Below are positions 1 to 6,564 of a stretch of 23,118 nucleotides of DNA, piece by piece. The first letter of the stretch is position 1. Each line of letters opens with the position of its first letter. The position numbers and the translations under genes are program-made. The stretch spans positions 1 through 23,118 of the IMG/VR virus record IMGVR_UViG_2565956626_000019. One strand, given 5' to 3'. This DNA is from a virus (taxonomy: Duplodnaviria > Heunggongvirae > Uroviricota > Caudoviricetes). The notes under the pieces were generated by a model, which worked only from the letters and a program-made list of their open reading frames with translations, was not told the origin of the DNA and ran no database searches.

Positions 1-1158
1 ATGCTCACCGTTAAGCAGATTGAAGCAGCAAAGCCGAAAGAAAAACCATACCGCCTTCTCGATGGTAATGGCCTGTACCTTTATGTCCCTGTATCAGGGA
101 AAAAGGTATGGCAGCTTCGCTACAAGATTGACGGTAAGGAGAAAATCCTGACTGTCGGAAAATATCCGCTTATGACTTTGCAGGAAGCAAGGGATAAGGC
201 ATGGACTGCGAGGAAAGACATCTCGGTTGGCATCGATCCGGTAAAGGCGAAAAAGACTTCGTCTAACAACAATTCATTTAGTGCGATTTACAAGGAATGG
301 TACGAGCACAAGAAGCAAGTCTGGTCAGTAGGCTATGCAACTGAACTTGCCAAAATGTTTGATGACGACATTTTACCCATCATCGGCGGTCTTGAAATTC
401 AGGATATTGAGCCGATGCAACTGCTGGAAGTAATCCGCAGATTTGAAGATCGCGGTGCAATGGAGCGAGCCAACAAAGCACGCAGAAGATGCGGCGAGGT
501 TTTCCGTTACGCTATTGTCACCGGCAGGGCTAAATATAACCCGGCACCTGACCTTGCAGACGCCATGAAAGGATACCGCAAGAAGAACTTCCCGTTTCTT
601 CCAGCAGACCAGATCCCTGCATTCAACAAAGCACTGGCAACATTTTCAGGAAGCATCGTATCGCTCATTGCGACCAGAGTTTTACGCTACACAGCCCTAA
701 GAACGAAAGAGCTTCGTTCCATGCAATGGAAGAACGTCGATTTTGAAAACAGGATTATCACCATCGATGCCAGTGTGATGAAGGGTCGAAAAATTCATGT
801 GGTCCCGATGTCAGACCAGGTGGTTGAACTTCTCACTACGCTAAGCTCAATCACCAAACCAGTCTCAGAGTTTGTTTTTGCCGGGCGCAACGATAAGAAG
901 AAGCCAATCTGCGAGAACGCGGTATTGCTTGTGATCAAACAAATCGGCTATGAGGGTCTGGAAAGCGGTCACGGATTCAGGCATGAATTCAGCACGATTA
1001 TGAACGAGCACGAATGGCCTGCTGACGCTATTGAAGTGCAACTGGCACATGCCAACGGCGGATCTGTGCGCGGGATTTACAACCATGCTCAGTATCTGGA
1101 TAAGCGCAGAGAAATGATGCAGTGGTGGGCGGACTGGCTTGATGAAAAGGTGGAGTGA
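1..1158 (+). CDS. int: Tyrosine integrase, P4-like family (N-terminal arm-binding domain plus C-terminal catalytic domain). ATG sits at window base 1, so an upstream extension cannot be excluded.
   Basis: 385-aa ORF. N-terminus LTVKQIEAAKPKEKPYRLLDGNGLYLYV...GKEKILTVGKYP is typical of P4-type integrases. C-terminus has HGFRHEF (His/Arg box) and RGIYNHAQYL (candidate Tyr nucleophile). Stop TGA at 1156-1158. Confidence 0.9.
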   Translation: MLTVKQIEAAKPKEKPYRLLDGNGLYLYVPVSGKKVWQLRYKIDGKEKILTVGKYPLMTLQEARDKAWTARKDISVGIDPVKAKKTSSNNNSFSAIYKEWYEHKKQVWSVGYATELAKMFDDDILPIIGGLEIQDIEPMQLLEVIRRFEDRGAMERANKARRRCGEVFRYAIVTGRAKYNPAPDLADAMKGYRKKNFPFLPADQIPAFNKALATFSGSIVSLIATRVLRYTALRTKELRSMQWKNVDFENRIITIDASVMKGRKIHVVPMSDQVVELLTTLSSITKPVSEFVFAGRNDKKKPICENAVLLVIKQIGYEGLESGHGFRHEFSTIMNEHEWPADAIEVQLAHANGGSVRGIYNHAQYLDKRREMMQWWADWLDEKVE

Positions 1159-1184
1159 ACCATCTTAAAAATCAATGAAAACAT

Positions 1185-1216
1185 GCAAGGCCTGGCACTC
1201 AAGTTACAGGCCTTGC
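1185..1216. terminator. Perfect 10-bp inverted repeat (GCAAGGCCTG / CAGGCCTTGC, 12-nt loop) between the convergent int and tailspike genes; likely bidirectional terminator, possibly part of the att region.
   Basis: Read directly in sequence. On the minus strand the hairpin is followed by AUGUUUUCAUUGAUUUUU; on the plus strand by an AT-rich tract (1217-1266). Confidence 0.4.
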
Positions 1217-1266
1217 GCATACAATTTATCAACTAATAATTTAATTTTTTAAAATATCAATTAATT

Positions 1267-3444
1267 CTATCTAATCCTGAACATTACAATTGGAGCAGAG
1301 CCAGAAGATAAAGGGCCTGACCAATGGTATCTAATTCTGAAAGAAGACTCACTTGGAGTTCCGATAATTTCTATTGGACTTAAAGTTGCACCTTCTGCAG
1401 AACCAGCAGGTTGTCTAAACCCCAACACAGCAATCTGGTTTGGTGTTGGGGCATACAGAAAATTATGCTCAATATCAACCTCGTTAGATTCGCTACCTGT
1501 TGGGTTTGGCATATTCCACTCAATATAATCGTCAGTTGATTTCCCATTTATTGAGTTTCCAACTGTTGCCATAATCGTCCACGTACACGTCCTGTTAAGG
1601 GCTGCCATTCTATCACCTAAAAACCTATTATAACCATTTGCGCCTGAAGTGATTAATCTTATATTCTCTGATGCACATGTGCCAATGCTGTTAAATCCAG
1701 TGCAATCAGAAGAAAGCCCCTTCGCAGTTATATCTACGCTGTTCGCAAAACAAATTGTTGTTGAATTTACTGCATCGCGAATAAGAGCAGAACCCGAAAA
1801 CAAATTATCACACGAACCTCTTATATTATTACCACCGCCGGATAAGTAACATAAATTTCCTTTTATCCTCTTGGATGTAAAAGTAACATTGTTATTGTCA
1901 CCAGTAACAGAAAGAAGCGAGGCTTTAATAGGGGCATTGTCACTCTGCAACTGACCAATTTGGTTTATTGTAACTACATTGTTGTTGCCTGATATAGCTA
2001 TCTGATACCCATCATCATCAATTGAAGGTGAATATCTTTGTGCTTTTATATTGATGTTAAGTGTCCAGATTTTACCGTTATCCAGAAGCATGTCGCGGAG
2101 AGGAGAAATTGAATCGCCAGTGTAGTTATCTGGCATTCTTCCGCACGCCCTGGCTTCTGCGATGGCAACAACACCATGTGCCCCGTTGGTAAACCAGTAA
2201 CCACCTAAACTATTATCAACACACACGTGCCTCGCATTGAATCGGTTAACACCCAGCGTCTTAAATCCATAGCCATAATACACAGCATATACATGGATGT
2301 AATTTATATCGACATGTCCTGTATAAGGAGACTGATTATCAAGAACAATTCCATGACATGATTCTCCTGGATAAAGAAGGCTTTGTTGGCTTGTTGCTGT
2401 TAATCTTGCGCTGTAAGGAGGAAGTCCACACAGGCCAAAAACAATATAATCTAGGTTAATATCACCTGGCCCCCTGAACACAACCCCCTCTCTCCCTGAA
2501 ATTCTTCCCGTTATCCTCACTTCAGAGGCGTGTTCCTGATTATCATGAAATGATCCATACCCCTCTGAATAGAGAGCATGTTCTGCAACATTATTAATCT
2601 CAACGTCAATGTGGTACATGCTGCCGAATATTTTAATGGCAGTTCCATAGTCATTGTTAACAGTGTCGCAAGTTCTCCATGAGTTTGTATCTCTTTGCAA
2701 GTCAAGATAATTACCATCAATGGTCATATCTTTTATGCTAAATCCATATGGCGCATCAGACAGATTTTCCACAACGCCAAAGCCATGTGTTTTAAATACA
2801 TCTGTATTACTACCTTTTTTAACATACAGAAATGTTGCTCTCTTTCCAGAGCCTTTATGATGAACGCCTGTATAAAGAATGATAGGAGAATCTATTAAAT
2901 AAACACCTGGAGGGTAAAATATTTCCCCACCACCATTATTAAAAGCAGCTAATGCTGCGGCATTAATGGCATCAGAATCTGATGTCAATCCATCTGCTTT
3001 AGCTCCATAGTATTGAGGTGTTTTCCTGATTGCATCGTAAACCGTTGAAGCGCCGAAACCGATATATTTACTACCATCTGTACCGCCAATAAGTAATTTA
3101 AACTGATCCGGGTCGTACTTCAACACATTAGGAAAATTGAACTGCTGCGCCCCATATGCATCATAAACAGCCATAGAATGGCCTTGCACAGTTACGAACT
3201 TGGCAATCTGTCCGTTATATACCGGGTAACCAGCAGCGTTAATGATGATTGGTTGAGAAACAGGAACGTGAGAGCCGTCTTCGTTCTCCACATAAACCTG
3301 AATCTGGTTTTCTGGATTTACTGGGTCAGTGTCAATTTTACCGATATAAATTTTACCATTGGCAACTGCTTTAAAAGAACGCGCCATAGTGAAGAGTTGC
3401 GATGGCATGCTTACCACAACATTGGCATTTATTGAATCTGTCAT
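1267..3444 (-). CDS. Tailspike protein: P22-gp9-type N-terminal head-binding domain fused to a divergent beta-helix-like receptor-binding domain.
   Basis: 725 aa. N-terminus [44 protein letters not shown]...[13 protein letters not shown]...[10 protein letters not shown] closely matches my recollection of the P22 tailspike N-terminus. Remainder is Gly/Asn/Ser-rich repeat-like sequence. ATG at 3444 with GGAG 8 nt upstream; TAG stop at 1267-1269. Confidence 0.85.
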   Translation of the reverse strand: MTDSINANVVVSMPSQLFTMARSFKAVANGKIYIGKIDTDPVNPENQIQVYVENEDGSHVPVSQPIIINAAGYPVYNGQIAKFVTVQGHSMAVYDAYGAQQFNFPNVLKYDPDQFKLLIGGTDGSKYIGFGASTVYDAIRKTPQYYGAKADGLTSDSDAINAAALAAFNNGGGEIFYPPGVYLIDSPIILYTGVHHKGSGKRATFLYVKKGSNTDVFKTHGFGVVENLSDAPYGFSIKDMTIDGNYLDLQRDTNSWRTCDTVNNDYGTAIKIFGSMYHIDVEINNVAEHALYSEGYGSFHDNQEHASEVRITGRISGREGVVFRGPGDINLDYIVFGLCGLPPYSARLTATSQQSLLYPGESCHGIVLDNQSPYTGHVDINYIHVYAVYYGYGFKTLGVNRFNARHVCVDNSLGGYWFTNGAHGVVAIAEARACGRMPDNYTGDSISPLRDMLLDNGKIWTLNINIKAQRYSPSIDDDGYQIAISGNNNVVTINQIGQLQSDNAPIKASLLSVTGDNNNVTFTSKRIKGNLCYLSGGGNNIRGSCDNLFSGSALIRDAVNSTTICFANSVDITAKGLSSDCTGFNSIGTCASENIRLITSGANGYNRFLGDRMAALNRTCTWTIMATVGNSINGKSTDDYIEWNMPNPTGSESNEVDIEHNFLYAPTPNQIAVLGFRQPAGSAEGATLSPIEIIGTPSESSFRIRYHWSGPLSSGSAPIVMFRIR

Positions 3445-3576
3445 TTAATTTGCTCCAGATACAAGGAATCACCGCAGCATGGCTACGGTTGGAATTTGTT
3501 ACATACCTAAACGGTACGATTGTTGATTTGTACAGTGGGTTTTACGATGCCATTCCACCCATTTGGTGAGGCATTG

Positions 3577-3834
3577 ATGATGTACAGCAAATACGATGAG
3601 GCGCAGTTCCACTTGAGGCTTACACACGAGTTGCACGCTAAGATTAAGCAGCGTGCAAAAATGAATAACAGGTCTATCAATTCCGAAATTGTGGCTACGA
3701 TGGAAGAATCACTCTCCAAACCATCACCTGTAAGCGGGTATCGTGATGAAGAAGAGAGGCTGGCCTCATTAATCTCGGAACGAGTAAAAGAAGTTGCGGC
3801 TGATATCCTTAGAAAAGAAAAAACCCGCGATTAA
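3577..3834 (+). CDS. mnt: Mnt-like ribbon-helix-helix repressor (Arc/MetJ superfamily with C-terminal oligomerisation helix).
   Basis: Residues NNRSINSEIVATMEESLSKPSPVSGYRDEEERLASLI align with recalled P22 Mnt (NGRSMNSELLQIVQDALSKPSPVTGYRNDAERLA). ATG-ATG at 3577-3582 preceded by GGTGAGG 5 nt upstream. The track ORF from 3520 starts at a TTG and is probably an artefactual extension. Confidence 0.8.
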   Translation: MMYSKYDEAQFHLRLTHELHAKIKQRAKMNNRSINSEIVATMEESLSKPSPVSGYRDEEERLASLISERVKEVAADILRKEKTRD

Positions 3835-3850
3835 GCGGGTTTAGTTGGTT
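3811..3850. terminator. Bidirectional intrinsic terminator shared by convergent mnt (+) and the arc-bro-ant-orf73 operon (-).
   Basis: Stem AAACCCGC (3821-3828), loop GATTAA, stem GCGGGTTT (3835-3842). A-run at 3813-3823 gives UUUUUUCUUUU after the hairpin on the minus strand; T-rich TTTAGTTGGTT follows on the plus strand. Overlaps the mnt stop codon. Confidence 0.65.
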
Positions 3851-4070
3851 AGTTATCAAAAAGTCCGTACGTTTCTTCTTCTTCAGGTGTAAGGGGAAGA
3901 ATCTCTACTCTATCTATAGATACCTTTTCAATGTACCCATGAGGTCTACTTAAAATTAAAGCTCTCTCATGCCACAGAACTCCAAGAATGTGATACCTTC
4001 CAGCATCGCCTTTTACCCTGGCTCTTCCTTTGATTCTTGGAGGCATAATGCCATATTTTTTCTTTGCCAT
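3849..4070 (-). CDS. Hypothetical small basic protein with acidic C-terminal tail (73 aa), translationally coupled to the upstream Ant-like gene.
   Basis: ATG at 4070-4068 overlaps the upstream TAA in a TAATG arrangement. Sequence MAKKKYGIMPPRIKGRARVKGD...LTPEEEETYGLFDN. No family recognised. Confidence 0.5.
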   Translation of the reverse strand: MAKKKYGIMPPRIKGRARVKGDAGRYHILGVLWHERALILSRPHGYIEKVSIDRVEILPLTPEEEETYGLFDN

Positions 4071-4798
4071 TATGCAACATTACTCCCATGAATCAGGTGT
4101 TGTAGTGCTTTAACACCTTCCGCATTGTAGCGGAATGCTTCCACCTGTTTGCTGGAATGCGCAGATTTATCCAGGAAGAACTTCCCGTACTGCTCAGTTT
4201 TGAGGTTGTTTGCGTTAGCAATGCGACCAATCTTGTTGGCCGTTACTCCAAGCTGCTCTGCAACCTCCCCTGCTGAGTAGTAATGCTCTTCTATTGCCGG
4301 AAGAGGTATTGCATTAAAACCAACGAGCGGGTTGATTATACTTGCTGCCGCTGTCTGCTTTGCCTCAGGCGCAAGATTTGGCATCAGATCGAACAGATTG
4401 GTAACAGCTTCAACCGTCATTTTCAGTGTTCGCGCCTGGCGATACTCAACAAGTCCACTCGACGATTTACCGCTTTTAATGTGCGCTTCTTGCATACTTT
4501 CAAGTTGGTCTACAAGTGAGCGGCGAACAGCTTTAGATTCACGAGCAGCCACTCGAAGGGCTTGCTTAATTGACATAACAACTTTTTCAGAAGTTGTCTT
4601 GTTTGATTTTTGAACTACGAAAATTTCGTAGTGCTCACCTTCAAGTTCATCCTTAATGCGTGCAATAAAGTCGTTATTGCGAACTTCTTTTTCCCCGCAC
4701 TGTCTACGAGCATGATTGACCATCTCTAACAGGTACTGGCTATCAATGGTTTTATCCGTGACAACGGATCCGATGTTTGCTACATTCTTAAAAGTCAT
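4070..4798 (-). CDS. Antirepressor-like protein with C-terminal KilAC/ANT-type domain.
   Basis: 242 aa from ATG at 4798, with AAGGAA 6 nt upstream. C-terminal segment YYSAGEVAEQLGVTANKIGRIANANNLKTEQYGKFF resembles the antirepressor KilAC DNA-binding motif. The track ORF to 4885 begins at a TTG. Confidence 0.6.
   Translation of the reverse strand: MTFKNVANIGSVVTDKTIDSQYLLEMVNHARRQCGEKEVRNNDFIARIKDELEGEHYEIFVVQKSNKTTSEKVVMSIKQALRVAARESKAVRRSLVDQLESMQEAHIKSGKSSSGLVEYRQARTLKMTVEAVTNLFDLMPNLAPEAKQTAAASIINPLVGFNAIPLPAIEEHYYSAGEVAEQLGVTANKIGRIANANNLKTEQYGKFFLDKSAHSSKQVEAFRYNAEGVKALQHLIHGSNVA
4758..4786 (+). promoter_or_regulatory. Candidate sigma70 promoter on the plus strand, antisense to the ant-like gene start (P_sar-like).
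   Basis: -35 GTGACA at 4758-4763, 17-nt spacer, -10 TACATT at 4781-4786. Predicted start about 4793, reading across the ant-like start codon (4796-4798) and its Shine-Dalgarno (4805-4810). Confidence 0.4.
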
Positions 4799-4866
4799 TA
4801 GGCATTCCTTATGTGGTAGTAAGGGTGTGACATAGGCCGCCAGCAGCACACTGGCGGTTTTCTTTT
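4793..4866 (+). ncRNA. Candidate ~75-nt antisense RNA (sar-like) covering the ant-like ribosome-binding site, ending at a plus-strand intrinsic terminator.
   Basis: Plus-strand terminator: stem CCGCCAG (4837-4843), loop CAGCACA, stem CTGGCGG (4851-4857), then TTTTCTTTT (4858-4866). It lies inside a minus-strand operon and would not terminate minus-strand transcripts. Architecture mirrors P22 sar in the immI region. Confidence 0.45.
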
Positions 4867-4885
4867 GCGCCGTCCTGGGCACCAA

Positions 4886-5512
4886 TCAATGAATCCATTC
4901 CTCGCCGCGAAGTTTTGCCAGCATTGGCTGAGCGTTCTTTACGACAAAATTGTTGGGATCAAGATTCTTCATTTCACGAAGAAGCGATTTCTTGGTTTCT
5001 TCTGACATGTAGCGAGTCTCATATGCAATATCGTAAATCCTTCCTGAAAGCTCAGAACCAATTTGCTTCATTCCTGGGTAGATGTGTTTGCACATTTGTT
5101 GACTCTTCTCCATCCACAATTGTAAGTAGCAGAGATTAACCAGTTCTTCGTCAGTAAACTGTTTTGCAATCGGTGAGCATTCTGCCTGCCGATCCAAAAT
5201 ATCCAGCACCCAGCGGCGGAACTCTTTGGCTACCGGAGTGCGAGCAAACATCGCGATTAGGTGGGCACCGCGTAGTGAGAAAACTCGCACTTTTTTGCGA
5301 TAATTTCCTGAGGTACTCACTTCGAGTACCTGAGTCATTCCGGCGCTAAACTCATCGCTATACTTGTTATAAATCATTGTTACTGCACGGCTATTTGCAT
5401 ATTTAAGTGCAGATGCAATATTAGATGATGTAAACCAAACACCATGCATATCACGGGTGGGCACCAACTCAACTCCGTGGAAGTTGTAATCTGATTTTGC
5501 TACAATATTCAT
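4886..5512 (-). CDS. BRO-N/AntA-like antirepressor-family protein.
   Basis: 208 aa from ATG at 5512, with AAGGAAA 7 nt upstream. N-terminal region ...GVELVPTRDMHGVWFTSSNIASALKYANSRAV... and ...LIAMFARTPVAKEFRRWVLDIL match the BRO-N/KilA-N pattern. Alternative ATGs at 5542 and 5617 lack good SD. Confidence 0.65.
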   Translation of the reverse strand: MNIVAKSDYNFHGVELVPTRDMHGVWFTSSNIASALKYANSRAVTMIYNKYSDEFSAGMTQVLEVSTSGNYRKKVRVFSLRGAHLIAMFARTPVAKEFRRWVLDILDRQAECSPIAKQFTDEELVNLCYLQLWMEKSQQMCKHIYPGMKQIGSELSGRIYDIAYETRYMSEETKKSLLREMKNLDPNNFVVKNAQPMLAKLRGEEWIH

Positions 5513-5585
5513 GTTAGTTTCCTTGCATACGGTTACTGACATAGAGGCCCGGTTTGTGTTCGCGCACTGCCGGGCTTCACTATTT

Positions 5586-5759
5586 TTATTGGATGACAAC
5601 ATCGCCCTTTGCCTCAAGTTTCATCAATAACTCCATTCGATAAGCTATCTCTGCCTGAATTGACCTATGGCATCTTTTTGCTGATTCGCGGATATGTGAA
5701 TCAACCTTTTCTGTAAAACGAACCTGACGCGGCTTGATGGAAGATATCTTTTCAGTCAT
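5586..5759 (-). CDS. arc: Arc-like ribbon-helix-helix repressor, 57 aa (not in the supplied ORF track because it is under 60 aa).
   Basis: My translation: MTEKISSIKPRQVRFTEKVDSHIRESAKRCHRSIQAEIAYRMELLMKLEAKGDVVIQ. Aligns with recalled P22 Arc (..FNLRWPREVLDLVRKVAEENGRSVNSEIYQRVMESFKKEG). AGGAG 6 nt upstream of ATG (5759-5757); TAA at 5588-5586; first gene of the minus-strand operon. Confidence 0.6.
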   Translation of the reverse strand: MTEKISSIKPRQVRFTEKVDSHIRESAKRCHRSIQAEIAYRMELLMKLEAKGDVVIQ

Positions 5760-5858
5760 TATGCACTCCTGTTTTTGAAAAACTCATAATCTCACTTTTT
5801 GTAGTTTGATTATTCACTCACACTCAGTATGAGTCAATGAATTTTTTATGGTGAACTA
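5760..5858. promoter_or_regulatory. Divergent, overlapping promoter/operator region between the arc operon (-) and the CI-like operon (+).
   Basis: Minus-strand promoter: -35 TTGACT (5837-5832), 17-nt spacer, -10 AATAAT (5814-5809). Plus-strand candidate: -35 TTGATT (5806-5811), -10 TATGAG (5828-5833). Palindrome ACTCAgtaTGAGT (5822-5834) and tandem CACTCA repeats (5815-5826) overlap both promoters. Confidence 0.45.
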
Positions 5859-6500
5859 ATGAATTTTGACGATCAATTCCCATCAAGAGTATCTCTGGCA
5901 AGACAGTCCAGGGGTATGACGCAGGCGCAGTTGTCAAAATTAGCTGGTGTTGTTCAACGTCAAATAGCTGCATACGAGGGTGGTGAGGCTAAACCACGGC
6001 TTCGTGTATTGCAGGCATTAGCCAACGCATTAGGCACTACGGCTGAGTGGTTAGCTCTGGGTGAAGGTCAGGGGCCTGGAACAAAAAACGTCATGCCTGA
6101 CGTTCTGGTAAAGCAAATACCAATCCTCAAACTAGATGAAGTTATGCATTACCTAAACACAGGTGAACATTCATCGTCTAGATTTCATCCGGCAATATAC
6201 AATGTTGGTGACTCTGCATTTGCATTGACTATTGAAGGTGAAGCTATGACTACAAGTTCAGGTATTAGCTTTCCCAGAGGATCAGTTGTCACGTTCAGCC
6301 CTCTAGTAAAAGCTAAAAGCAAAGATTATGTAATAGCATCATTGGATAAAGAGCAAATATTGAGCTTCAAGCAGGTTTACATTGGTGAAATAGAGACAAA
6401 CTTAGTATCCCTAAACCCAATGTATCCTAATATTCTTGTTAGAAATGAAGATGTTAGTATTTTGGCAACCGCAGTTTACCTTGAAATCCCGTTGCTTTGA
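5859..6500 (+). CDS. Lambda CI-like repressor (XRE HTH plus S24/LexA-like C-terminal domain) that appears non-cleavable.
   Basis: 213 aa. HTH GMTQAQLSKLAGVVQRQIAAYEGG. C-domain DSAFALTIEGEAM...DYVIASL...SFKQV...LNPMYPNIL aligns with lambda CI DSAFWLEVEGNSM...DFCIARL...TFKKL...LNPQYPMIP. Ser149 equivalent is Ala; Lys192 equivalent retained; Ala-Gly scissile site position reads Asp-Glu. Confidence 0.8.
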   Translation: MNFDDQFPSRVSLARQSRGMTQAQLSKLAGVVQRQIAAYEGGEAKPRLRVLQALANALGTTAEWLALGEGQGPGTKNVMPDVLVKQIPILKLDEVMHYLNTGEHSSSRFHPAIYNVGDSAFALTIEGEAMTTSSGISFPRGSVVTFSPLVKAKSKDYVIASLDKEQILSFKQVYIGEIETNLVSLNPMYPNILVRNEDVSILATAVYLEIPLL

Positions 6501-6564
6501 TATCCTTTAGGAAGCGACACATTATCATCCGGTGTTCTGCTCAAAACTAAGGAGTGGCTACTCA

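Noticed and set aside
865-1086. Antisense ORFs nested inside long coding genes (for example 865-1086, 1649-1849, 2517-2898, 4283-4613, 7320-7520, 8099-8302, 8698-8910, 9041-9385, 10704-10994, 11382-11906, 12566-13712, 14225-15067, 15033-16512, 16795-17756, 18313-18660, 19007-20002, 20459-20780, 21280-21498, 21877-22134, 22707-22999).
   Set aside because: All lie fully inside, and opposite to, well-supported phage genes with no ribosome-binding sites or recognisable motifs; typical of chance reading frames.
1159-1266. tRNA-derived att core in the int-tailspike spacer.
   Set aside because: No tRNA-like T-arm/acceptor sequence (GGTTCGA-type) seen by eye; only a hairpin and an AT-rich tract. Cannot be confirmed without host sequence.
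3520-3576. N-terminal extension of the mnt ORF as given in the track (start at 3520).
   Set aside because: Codon at 3520 is TTG; the ATG-ATG at 3577 has a good GGTGAGG SD and gives a protein length matching Mnt.
4799-4885. Track extension of the ant-like ORF up to 4885 (271 aa), overlapping the BRO-N gene stop.
   Set aside because: The upstream start is TTG with no SD; the ATG at 4798 has AAGGAA upstream, and the interval holds the plus-strand terminator of the predicted antisense RNA.
5540-5590. Second possible plus-strand hairpin (GAGGCCCGG...CCGGGCTTC followed by ACTATTTTTATT) between arc and the BRO-N gene.
   Set aside because: 17-nt loop, G-T mismatch and interrupted T-tract; much weaker than the terminator at 4836-4866, so not called as a feature.
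5513-5617. Longer BRO-N gene start (ATG at 5617 or 5542).
   Set aside because: Neither has a convincing SD, and the extension encodes low-complexity sequence ahead of the BRO-N domain; ATG 5512 has AAGGAAA upstream. Not excluded, only less likely.
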